From positions 32,001 to 96,000 of the forward strand of contig JAYGDX010000027.1 in NCBI GenBank assembly GCA_046582655.1: DNA of 64,000 bases, given 5' to 3'. Below are positions 50,948 to 60,916 of this stretch, in pieces. Position 1 is the stretch's first letter. Each line of letters begins with the position of its first letter. The notes beneath the pieces are model-generated. The model worked only from the letters and a program-made list of their open reading frames with translations, was not told the origin of the DNA and did not search any database. Position numbers and translations under genes: made by a program. Source of the stretch: Candidatus Poribacteria bacterium (GTDB taxonomy: Bacteria; Poribacteria; WGA-4E; UBA9662).

Positions 50948-51604
50948 CTAGATTGAAAACTTACCGACAAAGATATTGTTAATTGATTGACCAATTTTCC
51001 ATTTAACAGACAGTGATTTATCCTGATAACAGTAGACTGTTGATTTGCCAATGGCGGTGTTGTTAATTTTTGACAGAGGTGAGTACCAAATTTGATGTGG
51101 TTGTGTGCAGTCATGACAGGGGAACGTTGTAGCTGATAACGATAATACTTTTCCGATTGCGACGTCATAAACGAGGCCATTTTTTTGGAAATTGATTGTA
51201 GCTACTTTAGTTTCAATTAGCTGCCCCAGTGTTTTTATGTAGTTTTTTTTGATCAAATCAATGAGCGTTTCCTGCTGAAGCTGATTTGCCTTGTTACTGA
51301 TGTAAAGTACACTGCGTCGGGTTTCCAAATCTATATCGAGATTGTTCTGCGCACTGACAACTGCGACAACGGTCAATCCTTGTAGTGAAACACCTTTCCA
51401 CGTTCCTTGGCTAATGTTCCATACTATAGTCGCTTCTTTTCCACCCTCAATATATTCCGATCCAAAGTGACATGCGCCGACGTAAACACTTACCGATCTT
51501 GCTTCCAGGTATTCGCCGGTGATAGAATCACTGCCTATGGCAACAGTAAATAAACCAACAATTAAGAATAAAGCAAATATGGAAATAGCACGACTTTTTA
51601 TCAT
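50948..51604 (-). CDS. Exported DUF1326-like Cys-containing protein
   Basis: AAGGAG RBS before ATG 51604 (track start is 51718); signal peptide; GEYLEARS..VYVGACHFGSE, W.I..G.W.GV.L.GL.VVA, CHDC..P...Y.PL. Confidence 0.65.
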   Translation of the reverse strand: MIKSRAISIFALFLIVGLFTVAIGSDSITGEYLEARSVSVYVGACHFGSEYIEGGKEATIVWNISQGTWKGVSLQGLTVVAVVSAQNNLDIDLETRRSVLYISNKANQLQQETLIDLIKKNYIKTLGQLIETKVATINFQKNGLVYDVAIGKVLSLSATTFPCHDCTQPHQIWYSPLSKINNTAIGKSTVYCYQDKSLSVKWKIGQSINNIFVGKFSI

Positions 51605-51740
51605 TGTTGCGGTCTCCTTGATTTGGGTTGAAATGTAAATGCTATTTTGAGCCAATTCCATTAGAGTTGTAACCACCAAAGATCTGATTAACAATGTAAT
51701 GAACTGATTCTGAACCATTTGTGTATTCGGCGAATTTAAC

Positions 51741-52007
51741 TTAAGACTTTATATTTTCAGTCCGGTCGATTTCAGCCAAAATTCCACCGCCAATCCCTTC
51801 AAAGCAGTGGCGTGATTTTCTGCAACCATCTGGTGAAACAAAATCGTCATCTGGTCCAACAGCTGTCATGGTACAGTTGCACCAGTAGTATGAATCAGGA
51901 TTGGTTTCAATTAGGTTCTTTAAACTTCCACCCGGAATATAGAGTGCTTTTGTACGAAGATTTTGGCAGACCGGATGGTGAAGAGATAATAATTTCTTGT
52001 CTTCCAT
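51741..52007 (-). CDS. Small Cys-rich hypothetical protein
   Basis: VCQNLRTK.LY, YWCNCT..AVGPDD..V.P..C...R.CFE; AAGGA RBS before ATG 52007 (track start is 52028). Confidence 0.75.
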   Translation of the reverse strand: MEDKKLLSLHHPVCQNLRTKALYIPGGSLKNLIETNPDSYYWCNCTMTAVGPDDDFVSPDGCRKSRHCFEGIGGGILAEIDRTENIKS

Positions 52008-52024
52008 TTTGTTGTTAAGTCCTT

Positions 52025-53002
52025 TCAAGCAATGGCCGTCATGGCAGCACGATAGATGATATTTTCTGTCAATTGAACTTTATAGGCATTATCACTTAAA
52101 GGATCGGCGTCTTTAATTGCAATCCGCCCAGCCGCTTTAGCTGTTTCTTCTATAATCGTTTGGCCTTTTAATTCCGCTTCCGCCCCCCTTGATCGCCACG
52201 GAATCGGAGCAACTCCACCCAAAACGATACTCGCATTCTGGCATTTTTGACCGTTGATTTCAAAAACGGCAGCGACACTGACTAAAGCAAAATCGAATGA
52301 TCCCTTTTCCCTAATCTTGATATATAAACTTCTAGCACTAGGCTGTGGTTTGGGAATATGAATCTGGGTGATAATTTCATTCGGTTCAAGAACATTTTCG
52401 CGCTGTGGATTGAGATCTGGTAAAACAAAAAACTCCTCTAGCAGAATCGTTCGATCCCCGTTGGTCCCCTGGATGGTTACTGAGGCTCCGAGAGACACCA
52501 GAGCCGGTGCCACATCTGACGGATGAACAATATAAACTGGGCCTCCGCCAAAGATAGCGTGATATTTATTTAAACCGGAAAGTGCGTAACATGTATCTCC
52601 ACCTTTTTTTAGGCAGATTGTGTCCGGATCACGGTAATACCAACAACGAGGACGTTGGCATAAGTTGCCACCAACGGTACCGACGTTTCGAATTTGCGGT
52701 GTCGCTACAGCCGCTGCCGCTTGAGCCAGAACCCCGTAATTTTCTTGGACCTCTGAATGATCGGCAAGTTCCGAAAGTGTTACCAGAGCGCCAATTGTAA
52801 CTCCTGATGTCTTAACTTCAATTTTGTCTAAGTCAGGAATGGTTTTGAGATTAACTAATTTTTTCGGCGTCTCAATATAATCCTTCATTTCACCGACTAA
52901 ATCCGTTCCGCCAGCAATAACCTTGGTGTTTTCCCAACTGCTATCTAATAACGTTGGAACCTGATTGACGCTTTTTGCATTCACATAACTAAATTTTTCC
53001 AT
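52025..53002 (-). CDS. Xanthine dehydrogenase-family FAD-binding subunit (PaoB/YagS-like)
   Basis: AGGTDL, QIRNVGTVGGNLCQRPRC, Fe-S insert, HPSD, FDFALVS, GGVAPIPW. Confidence 0.92.
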   Translation of the reverse strand: MEKFSYVNAKSVNQVPTLLDSSWENTKVIAGGTDLVGEMKDYIETPKKLVNLKTIPDLDKIEVKTSGVTIGALVTLSELADHSEVQENYGVLAQAAAAVATPQIRNVGTVGGNLCQRPRCWYYRDPDTICLKKGGDTCYALSGLNKYHAIFGGGPVYIVHPSDVAPALVSLGASVTIQGTNGDRTILLEEFFVLPDLNPQRENVLEPNEIITQIHIPKPQPSARSLYIKIREKGSFDFALVSVAAVFEINGQKCQNASIVLGGVAPIPWRSRGAEAELKGQTIIEETAKAAGRIAIKDADPLSDNAYKVQLTENIIYRAAMTAIA

Positions 53003-53004
53003 AA

Positions 53005-55116
53005 TTATGCTTTACCTTTCTCAGCAAGTGTCGTTAAGACTTTATCGGGAGTGATCGGTAGAGATCTAATCCGTACCCCAATCGCGTTGTAAACTGCATT
53101 GGCGATGGCGCCAGCGGTCGGAATTGTAGCGGGTTCCCCAATACCAGTAACTTTCTGATCCGTATCAAACGCAATGGCTTTAATTTCTGGAATTTCAGTT
53201 GGCCCTGCAATCTTGTAATCAATTAGATTTGAATTTATCATCCGACCTGTTTGCGGATCCATAATACGATTTTCAAGAAGCGCGTAACTTAATCCACCCA
53301 CAACGCCACCGTTGATTTGACTTTCGGTGGTAAGCCGGTTTAGAATCAGACCGCAGTCTTGAACAGCCACAATTTTTATTGCCGTGACATGACCCGTTTC
53401 CGTGTCAACTTCAACTTCGGCGAATTGTGTGCCAGCCGCCCCACCTTCCCGAAGGTCTTCTGCCCAGTGCCCCTCTTCGGTAATTGTATCCATGCCCAAA
53501 TGGGCAGTGGCCTGCTGCCAACTCATTTCCTCACCTGATTTAGTCAAGATTTTTCCACCTTTGGCCACAAGATCTTGAGGAGATTGATCAATCTGTTCAG
53601 CAAGATATTCAAAAAAACTGTTCTTGGCTGTAACAGCGGCTGTTTTAATCACCGGAGCGACAGAAGCCGTAGTTTGGCTGCCTCCACTTCCTCCTGAAGG
53701 CAACCCGGGTGCGGTATCACCAATCTTAACGGAAATATGGTGTGGTTGTAACCCGAGTTCGTCGGCCACAATAATTGCGATCACAGTTCGGATTCCAGTT
53801 CCAAGGTCCTGTGTACCGGTAACAGCTTCAATAGTACCGTCTGCGTGAATGCTCACACGGGCTTTGGTGCCTTTACCTCCACCACCACCCCACTGACCGC
53901 TGCCCATACCAATTCCGCGCTTCTTGATACCTTTGTCGGATCCAGGGATTTTACGACGCCGATGCCAACCGATCTCTTTGGCACCTAGCACATATTCATC
54001 CTGCCGGATCTGATTGTCGTCATTCTTCTGGCGAATCTCCAGCGGATCGATACCAAGTTTCTCCGCTATTTCGTCCATTAGCGAATCCATGGCAAAGGCG
54101 CCTTGCGGATGACCCGGAGCACGAAAAGCTCTAGCACCGCCTGTATTAGTCGCAACTGAAAATTTTTCTGTCCGGTAGTTAGGAATATTGTATACATAAG
54201 GGCCGGTGAAACCTGCTCCACCACCATTTCCGGCTGATCCGTAGCCGACTAGATCGTAGGCCATCAGCTTACCGTCTTTGGTAGCGCCAGCTTTGACATG
54301 CTGTGTCATAGAAGGCCGGTTACCAGCCACAAGATGTTCCGCTTTACGCGTCAGCATTAACTTTACAGGCGCTTTAGCTTCCTTAGCTAGTCTTGCTACT
54401 GTTGTGCCTTCGACACCGGGACCAAATTTACTGCCGAATCCACCACCCATATGTTCCGTTATCACCCGAACCTGATCTTCTGGTATCTTGAAATGGTTGG
54501 CAAAATCACGACGTGTTCCAAATACCGCTTGCGTTGAAGCCCACACAGTTAAGTGATCTCCATCCCACTTGGCAACGTGACCATGAGGTTCAAGACAAGT
54601 ATGTGTTTGAACTTGGGTGCTATAAGTTGCTTCCACAATTACGTCCGATTGGGCAAAGCCAACTTCAAGGTCTCCACGGTCATCAATTCGTGGTTTACTC
54701 TGGTTTTTTTCCCAATCACGAATTTGGGGGGCATCATCTCGTCTGGCTCCTTCCAGATCAACTACAAACTCCAGTTCATCGTAGTCAAATTGAATGGCGC
54801 GAATTGCGTCTTCAGCAATATCAGACGTTTCCGCGGCAACAGCGGCAATCTCTTGACCTTCGTATCGAATTTGATCACCTTCTTTGATTAAGGCAATAAC
54901 TGCTTTGACACCGGATACAGATCGAGTATTCTCCAAGTTGATCGCGGTTAATATCCCACGAGGTACATGAGATCGCAGAATTCGACCATAAAGCATGCCT
55001 GGCAGATTAACGTCATAGGTATACTTGGCTTTACCTGTAACTTTACCCGGACCTGATAAACGCTGAACATGTTTACCAATTAAACTAGATTCTTTGGGAT
55101 CTCCCCATCCAGCCAT
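53005..55116 (-). CDS. Xanthine dehydrogenase-family molybdopterin-binding subunit (PaoC/YagR-like)
   Basis: KVTGKAKY, MGGGFGSK, AFRAPGHPQG, QDLGTG, GGSQTT, GIGEP. Confidence 0.93.
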   Translation of the reverse strand: MAGWGDPKESSLIGKHVQRLSGPGKVTGKAKYTYDVNLPGMLYGRILRSHVPRGILTAINLENTRSVSGVKAVIALIKEGDQIRYEGQEIAAVAAETSDIAEDAIRAIQFDYDELEFVVDLEGARRDDAPQIRDWEKNQSKPRIDDRGDLEVGFAQSDVIVEATYSTQVQTHTCLEPHGHVAKWDGDHLTVWASTQAVFGTRRDFANHFKIPEDQVRVITEHMGGGFGSKFGPGVEGTTVARLAKEAKAPVKLMLTRKAEHLVAGNRPSMTQHVKAGATKDGKLMAYDLVGYGSAGNGGGAGFTGPYVYNIPNYRTEKFSVATNTGGARAFRAPGHPQGAFAMDSLMDEIAEKLGIDPLEIRQKNDDNQIRQDEYVLGAKEIGWHRRRKIPGSDKGIKKRGIGMGSGQWGGGGGKGTKARVSIHADGTIEAVTGTQDLGTGIRTVIAIIVADELGLQPHHISVKIGDTAPGLPSGGSGGSQTTASVAPVIKTAAVTAKNSFFEYLAEQIDQSPQDLVAKGGKILTKSGEEMSWQQATAHLGMDTITEEGHWAEDLREGGAAGTQFAEVEVDTETGHVTAIKIVAVQDCGLILNRLTTESQINGGVVGGLSYALLENRIMDPQTGRMINSNLIDYKIAGPTEIPEIKAIAFDTDQKVTGIGEPATIPTAGAIANAVYNAIGVRIRSLPITPDKVLTTLAEKGKA

Positions 55117-55128
55117 TATCTTGTCTCC

Positions 55129-55776
55129 CTAATTTCTCATTTTTTTGGATGCAGTTTTAACAGCGTCGAAGATAAAAGGATAAGTACCGCAACGGCAAAC
55201 GTTCCCAGATAACCCTTCTTGTATTTCTTCATGGGTCGGGGTAGGATTCTGATCTAGAAATGCTTTAGCGGCAACAACAAACCCGGGTGTACAGAATCCA
55301 CACATCAATGCGTCATGCTCAACAAAAGCTTCTTGAACAGGATGCAAGTTATCCTGACCTGCCAGCCCTTCAACAGTTGTAATCTTTTTTCTTCCAATAT
55401 CAACAGCAAGCATCATGCAGGCATAGATAGGTTTCCCTTCCACAATCACCGTGCAACCTCCACACGAACCACGGTCACAAATCGGTTTGGCACCAGTCAG
55501 ATCTAGGCGATTTCCACTGATATCAAAACCATCTCGTAGAACAGTTAAGAGGGTTGTACGCGGTTCAACGTCAACCTGATGAGCCGTGCCATTAATATTG
55601 AGAGTAACGGTGGTTTGGGTAATTCCATCGATGGTGTCTGCACGTGAAGTTTCTTCTGATCCAACCAGAACAGCCGGAGCCACGCTGGCAGCTACCGCAC
55701 CACTTCCAATTCCTTTGAGGAAGCCTCGGCGGGAAACACCCTCTCTTTCTCCTACTAATTCTTTTTCTTTTGACAT
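55129..55776 (-). CDS. 2Fe-2S subunit with Tat signal (PaoA/YagT-like)
   Basis: SRRGFLK, CDRGSCGGC, MCGFCTPG, CRCG. Confidence 0.92.
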   Translation of the reverse strand: MSKEKELVGEREGVSRRGFLKGIGSGAVAASVAPAVLVGSEETSRADTIDGITQTTVTLNINGTAHQVDVEPRTTLLTVLRDGFDISGNRLDLTGAKPICDRGSCGGCTVIVEGKPIYACMMLAVDIGRKKITTVEGLAGQDNLHPVQEAFVEHDALMCGFCTPGFVVAAKAFLDQNPTPTHEEIQEGLSGNVCRCGTYPFIFDAVKTASKKMRN

Positions 55777-55831
55777 CCGGATCCCTCAAAATAACGGTTA
55801 CAAGATTATGATATTACCATACAAAAACCAT

Positions 55832-55953
55832 TAGACCTCTCGCATTAAGTAGTAGTCCTCACCAAAGTTCTAGCCGGGAGGCAGCTAAATTCTGTGACAT
55901 ATGCGACTCAAAAATCTCCGAACTTCTGTTTTTTTGACCTATGCAAGAGATTC
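55832..55953. mobile_element. MITE copy (~124-bp family)
   Basis: TAGACCTCTCGCATTAAGT ... ACCTATGCAAGAGATTC; the internal sequence aligns with 58002-58125. Confidence 0.75.
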
Positions 55954-56005
55954 ATTATACAAGAAATATTATAAAAATACTATACATAACACTTAAAATT
56001 ACGGG

Positions 56006-56869
56006 CTAATTTGTCATCTCCGACAGAATTTGTCTTAAATAGGTTACATCTTCTTTAGCCCATTGCTCTAAATTTGGTGGAGAAGTATCTGCGTATCCAA
56101 CTTGCCGAATAATTGATTCGTCAAATTTGTATTCTGTGTGAACAGTTAAAGGTCCATCAAAGTTATGTTTGAGTAATTTCCTTAAACTGTGATGCCAGTT
56201 GATGCAGCCTTCCCCAACTTTCACGAAACATGGGATATAAGATGGCATCTGACCTTCAGGTTGACGGAGATAAAGAGCATCTTTGATTCCGACGACGGAA
56301 ATATAGTCTTTTATCATTGAGAAACCCATATCCCAATCCTCACCATCTAATGCCAAATGACCAAAATCCGGATACGCGCCAACGTATTGTGGATCAAAGT
56401 CTTTAATAAGGTGCATTAATCCGGCACAGTTTGACCCGATACACGAACCGCTATGGATCTGGTAACAGGTCTGCACCTCGTACTGTTGACTGAACCTGAC
56501 AAAACCTGCCAGATCATTTCGAGCAGCCTCTACGACTCGCCAGTAGTCGTCATCTGTTTTATACCGCCAAAATCCAATTTTAAGACGCGGAATCCCCACC
56601 TCGGCACAGGCAACATACAAATTCTCCACCTCCTGAGTAGGTTGGTTAATATCAACAGCTGCAGTAGCTAAAGGACAGACAAGACCCTGTTTTTCCCATA
56701 TTCTCATCGCTTGGGGCAACAGTTTGGCGGCGTTATCTATCTGAATTGGATGTCCAGGGCGAATACAGACGTCAATTCCATCATAACCGAGTTTAATTGC
56801 TTTTTCACCCAGTTGTTCAATTGAAAGATGGGCAAAGAATTTGGAATTGAGAACAATTTCCATGTTCAA
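56006..56869 (-). CDS. Sugar phosphate isomerase/epimerase (AP endonuclease 2 TIM barrel)
   Basis: GYDGID..RPG.H, DFGH, KD, G.G.I.W, HTEY. Confidence 0.8.
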   Translation of the reverse strand: MNMEIVLNSKFFAHLSIEQLGEKAIKLGYDGIDVCIRPGHPIQIDNAAKLLPQAMRIWEKQGLVCPLATAAVDINQPTQEVENLYVACAEVGIPRLKIGFWRYKTDDDYWRVVEAARNDLAGFVRFSQQYEVQTCYQIHSGSCIGSNCAGLMHLIKDFDPQYVGAYPDFGHLALDGEDWDMGFSMIKDYISVVGIKDALYLRQPEGQMPSYIPCFVKVGEGCINWHHSLRKLLKHNFDGPLTVHTEYKFDESIIRQVGYADTSPPNLEQWAKEDVTYLRQILSEMTN

Positions 56870-56939
56870 ATAGTTACTAAAAATCGAGCCCTAAAATGGC
56901 ACACAGGCATCGACCAGTGGATGAGATATCACCCAATGA

Positions 56940-57956
56940 TTAGTCAGTAGATCTACGCTTGGGACGAGCCGGTATCCCAGTTTCTGCCGATTTGTAGATG
57001 GCATCCATCAACTCTGACTGTATGATTCCGTTGAGGGGGGTGGTACGCGGTTCAGCACGTCCAAGAATTGCATCAATAAAATTATCATCCGGTGATCCCG
57101 CTGACATTTCTTCCGTAATCGGTGGTTCTTCGACATGATCTGAGCCTTCATAGACCCGTATCCAACCGCCACCCCAACCATCGATTTCCACGCGACCATT
57201 ATCAAAAATAAAGGCCATATGTGTACCACCTGGACTTGGACAATTACCGCTGATAGCAATACTGGCTAGAACACCATTTTCGAACTTAACGTTAATTGAT
57301 GAATTGACGTCAACCGCAGTATCACAATTATCAGTGAAAGCGTAGACCTCTCCAACGTTTTTTTCAACAGCCCAACAAAGACTATTCAACAAATGGGCTC
57401 CACTATCATATGCTTGTCCACCACCAGATAATTCTGGTTTCTGTCGCCATGCACCCACTGTCGCATTCTTCCAACCCTGCGTAATGTAGCCAACTATCAA
57501 TTCCAGTTTACCGAATGTTTGATTCCGGATTTGTTCACGAAGATAATAGAAGTTAGCTGAACACGGCGTATTATAACCAATCACGAAAACTTTTCCCGTT
57601 TCTCCCACTTTCTCGGCAATGGTGTAAGCATCTTCCGCTGATGTTACCATCGGTTTTTCCATCAGCACATGGCAACCTGCTTCTAAGGCTTTCATCCCAT
57701 GTTCAAAATGCAGAGTATGTGGGGTAGAAATTAGCACTGCATCGGGTTGCGTTTCAGCCAACATTGAGTTCACATCATCAAAAGCCCCCGGACGAGGGAC
57801 TAGATCCAGTATATTTTGATCGATATAGCTGTTGGCAATATCAGTATTGACATCACAGGTGGCAATAATTTGAACCTCATCCATTTGGTTCATCCGTCGG
57901 GCATGACCAGATGAGTTTCCACCACAGCCGATTATAGCGAGGCGAACTTTTGACAT
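56940..57956 (-). CDS. Gfo/Idh/MocA family oxidoreductase
   Basis: IIGCGGN, STPHTLH, EKPM, GGGQAYDSGAH. Confidence 0.9.
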   Translation of the reverse strand: MSKVRLAIIGCGGNSSGHARRMNQMDEVQIIATCDVNTDIANSYIDQNILDLVPRPGAFDDVNSMLAETQPDAVLISTPHTLHFEHGMKALEAGCHVLMEKPMVTSAEDAYTIAEKVGETGKVFVIGYNTPCSANFYYLREQIRNQTFGKLELIVGYITQGWKNATVGAWRQKPELSGGGQAYDSGAHLLNSLCWAVEKNVGEVYAFTDNCDTAVDVNSSINVKFENGVLASIAISGNCPSPGGTHMAFIFDNGRVEIDGWGGGWIRVYEGSDHVEEPPITEEMSAGSPDDNFIDAILGRAEPRTTPLNGIIQSELMDAIYKSAETGIPARPKRRSTD

Positions 57957-58001
57957 CTATTACTCCTTGACTATTGATTCACTAATATAAATTATAGTCA
58001 C

Positions 58002-58125
58002 TAGACCTCTTGCATAAGTAGTAAAACTCATCAGAATTCTATAGCTGAGAGGCACCTAAATTCATTGAGTACATGGGCTCAAAAATCTCCAAACTTCTGT
58101 TTCTTTGACTTATGCAAGAGGTCTA
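58002..58125. mobile_element. MITE (124 bp) with perfect 18-bp terminal inverted repeats
   Basis: TAGACCTCTTGCATAAGT (58002-58019) and ACTTATGCAAGAGGTCTA (58108-58125). Confidence 0.85.
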
Positions 58126-58321
58126 CTATACTTTGTGTAATATTTACATTATATCAAAAAGGAAAAAAGAGAACAATCAAAGAAAGTATGAACAATATGG
58201 AATTAAGGATTTTAAGAAAAGGATTGCCGTTTTTGCCATTGATATTTTGGAGTTTCTACTCTAGACTGCTTAATCTGCGGTGATATCAGAACTCAATCTA
58301 ATTATTTGATGTGGGAAAATA

Positions 58322-59053
58322 TTGATTAAATTTTCTGTTCTTTTGATCGGCGCGCTGTTAATTGGTATCACCAAAGCTGGCTTTGGTGGAGGTGCTGGTC
58401 TGATCGTCGGGCCGATGTTGATGCTGGTCTTTCCGGCCAAAGAAAGCCTGGGTATGATGCTTCCACTTCTTTTTGCCTGTGATGTTGTATCCTTGTTCTT
58501 CTACTGGCGAAAATGGGATAAACTTAATATCATTTTCATTGTACCGGGGGCAGTTGTCGGTATTGGAATAGGATCAATTTTTTTGGGAAGATTTGACGAT
58601 CGAATTTTAGCCAAAATGATTGGCATCACCGCCATCGGGTTTGCCCTGTTGCAAATTCTTCGACATCAGCTGATGCGGAGAAACAAACAGTTTAAAACGC
58701 AACTATGGCAAGGCATTTTAGTTGGCGTTGCCACCGGTTTCTTTTCAACAGTTGCACACCTTGGTGGTGTGCTGACGATGATGTTCCTGTTGGTACAACA
58801 ACTTGAAAACCAAGTTTTCGTGGCCACGGCGGCGCTGATTTATTTTTCCATTAATTTGTTCAAGATCCCTGTGTACCTTAAGTTAAATGTTATGAATACA
58901 AAAATTCTTCTGCGGATTCTCCCTTTTCTCCCGCTAATAGCTGTTGGAACGATGCTAGGAGTTTATTTGAATCGTAGAACATCAGCTAAGATGTTTTCAA
59001 GAATTATTTTGACTATTGTGTTTCTAACAGGAATCAGATTGATACTTAAGTGA
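58322..59053 (+). CDS. Sulfite exporter TauE/SafE family membrane protein
   Basis: GITKAGFGGG, MLPLL..CD, GFFSTVAH.GG, INLFKIP; about 8 TM helices. Confidence 0.85.
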   Translation: MIKFSVLLIGALLIGITKAGFGGGAGLIVGPMLMLVFPAKESLGMMLPLLFACDVVSLFFYWRKWDKLNIIFIVPGAVVGIGIGSIFLGRFDDRILAKMIGITAIGFALLQILRHQLMRRNKQFKTQLWQGILVGVATGFFSTVAHLGGVLTMMFLLVQQLENQVFVATAALIYFSINLFKIPVYLKLNVMNTKILLRILPFLPLIAVGTMLGVYLNRRTSAKMFSRIILTIVFLTGIRLILK

Positions 59054-59076
59054 AGCAACCAAGAAATTCCGACGGA

Positions 59077-59502
59077 TTAAGCCTTGCTTCTTTTATCAGT
59101 TGTTCCGTTTCCCAGATGCACTACCTTTCGGTCATCACCACAGACAACGAAAAGTCTTTCGGATAGTTTATTGGCGGTATTCAATAACCATTTACCAAAA
59201 GCGTCATTTCTCCAATTATCAGGTGTATCCGGATCGCAATAAGCCACAATATCCTCATCGTAGTGGTCCGTCAAGGATAGAACGACCTGCGTTTTGTCCG
59301 GTCTGAATTCCTCTGGGATTCCGTCCAGCTGAAGCCAGAGGCAATCGAACTGATGACAACTGAACGGCCTATTCTGATAGATCTGGCAACCCTTCCCAAC
59401 GTTACAATTGTTGCACCATTGATTGGCTGGTTTCTGGATTTCCGGAATCCCAAGAAGTTTGCAGCACATGGTACAACTACCGCATTCTCTGTTCATGTCC
59501 AT
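59077..59502 (-). CDS. YkgJ-like cysteine-cluster protein
   Basis: RECGSCTMCC, WCNNC..GKGC.IY..RP..C..F.C.WL, RPD. Confidence 0.8.
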   Translation of the reverse strand: MDMNRECGSCTMCCKLLGIPEIQKPANQWCNNCNVGKGCQIYQNRPFSCHQFDCLWLQLDGIPEEFRPDKTQVVLSLTDHYDEDIVAYCDPDTPDNWRNDAFGKWLLNTANKLSERLFVVCGDDRKVVHLGNGTTDKRSKA

Positions 59503-60315
59503 TTAATTCAGCTTTCCTTGTTCACGCATCTGAGAACCGTAGATTTCCAGTTTCGATTCCTCCTGATTTATCAATTCAACCTTATCAGAAAGGCATGAAG
59601 CTATACGGTCGAAACGCTCTGTACTTCTAAGTCCCATGATCGTGAGATGAACGGCTGGATGATTGAGAACATAGCGATAAAAATGTTCCTCAGGTGGAGT
59701 TCCTGTTTGACTGAACAATCGGTCGTTCCGCGAAGCGTTCATGATAACCACACCAACATTTAGATCTAATGCTTGGGGAAAAATGGCTTCTTCCGGTTCC
59801 TTCATGGCACAATTGTACCAACACAAGACAGTATCGAATAAACCGGTGGCCACCGCCTGTCCGATCTGTTCCCAGTCATGCCCAGTCACGCCGATGAAGC
59901 GAATCAAACCTTCTTCCTGTGCTTTCTGGGCAGCTTCCACTGCACCACCGGATGACAACGCCTGTTCCCGCTCAACTGGTGTATTGAGATGATGTAACTG
60001 GTAAATGTCGATATACTCGGTTTTGAGTAGACTCAAGGAGGTTTCCAAATCCTTACGAACCCCTTCAGCGCGACGAGCTGCGGTCTTGGTGGCTAAGATG
60101 AGTTGATCGCGTCGCCCTTGAATGGCTTGACCAATTACCTTTTCGTCTTCTCCATCCCTGTAATTACGCGCGGTATCCATGTAATTGACACCACAGTCTA
60201 GAGCTGTGCGGTATTCGTCTACTGATTCGCAGTAGCCCCCCCCAATGCCAAGTCGGGTTACTTTCAGCCCTGTTCGACCAAGGGTTATTTGTGGAATATC
60301 ATAGGTCATAATCAA
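59503..60315 (-). CDS. Aldo/keto reductase
   Basis: LGRTGLKVTRLGIG, DTARNY, ATK, SL..LKTEYIDIYQLH, IRFIGVTGH. Confidence 0.9.
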   Translation of the reverse strand: MIMTYDIPQITLGRTGLKVTRLGIGGGYCESVDEYRTALDCGVNYMDTARNYRDGEDEKVIGQAIQGRRDQLILATKTAARRAEGVRKDLETSLSLLKTEYIDIYQLHHLNTPVEREQALSSGGAVEAAQKAQEEGLIRFIGVTGHDWEQIGQAVATGLFDTVLCWYNCAMKEPEEAIFPQALDLNVGVVIMNASRNDRLFSQTGTPPEEHFYRYVLNHPAVHLTIMGLRSTERFDRIASCLSDKVELINQEESKLEIYGSQMREQGKLN

Positions 60316-60333
60316 AGATTTCCTTTAATCCAA

Positions 60334-60753
60334 GGCGGATTCAACTCTGAAACCAATGCTGACACCCCTTGACCGATATTTCTTTCCCTTTGTTCTCAGA
60401 AACTTATAGATTCTACCACCGCTCTTCTTGATGGCCAAACTTCCCCACTAGCCCTTTGCATGGCTATTGCCTGCCAACTCTCTACAGATGGTGCTGGGTG
60501 ATCTTCTCCGCGATCGGGCAATCTCTGTTTGTCTGTACCCTTCTGCCTTCAACGCCTCAATCTGGTATCTTTCCCTATCAGTCAACTGCTGATGTGCCAT
60601 GTATCCTCTCCCAGTGTCGTCGTTCATAGAGATGCTGCATATCGGCAGCTGGCTCTATTATCTCCTTCATTGGGGGAATAATCCAGAGTCCTGGACATAC
60701 TGAGCTCTGGCTGTGCCGTGCTCAGGCCTTTGCCTTTATTATGTGAATCTACG
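60334..60753 (-). mobile_element. IS30-family remnant (internally deleted)
   Basis: From ATG 60600: MAHQQLTDRERYQIEALKAEGYRQTEIAR..RSPSTICREL (IS30 HTH), later GGRIYKFLRTKGKKYR. IS30-like ends CGTAGATTCACA.. and GGCGGATTCAAC.. Confidence 0.75.
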
Positions 60754-60848
60754 AAGGCTAAAGAAGGTTGTGCGGAGGTAATTGAGGGATGAGTATACTC
60801 GTCCCTTTTTTCTATAACATCTGTGTTTGTTTAGAGTTGACTTTGGCC

Positions 60849-60877
60849 GTGACAAGTTTGATGTGGTTTGATATAAT
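60849..60877 (+). promoter_or_regulatory. Sigma70-type promoter
   Basis: GTGACA-N17-TATAAT with an extended -10 TG, about 40 nt upstream of the FGE-family gene. Confidence 0.5.
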
Positions 60878-60916
60878 TGCCTAAACGACACAATTGTATT
60901 CAGTGTAAGAGTAGGG

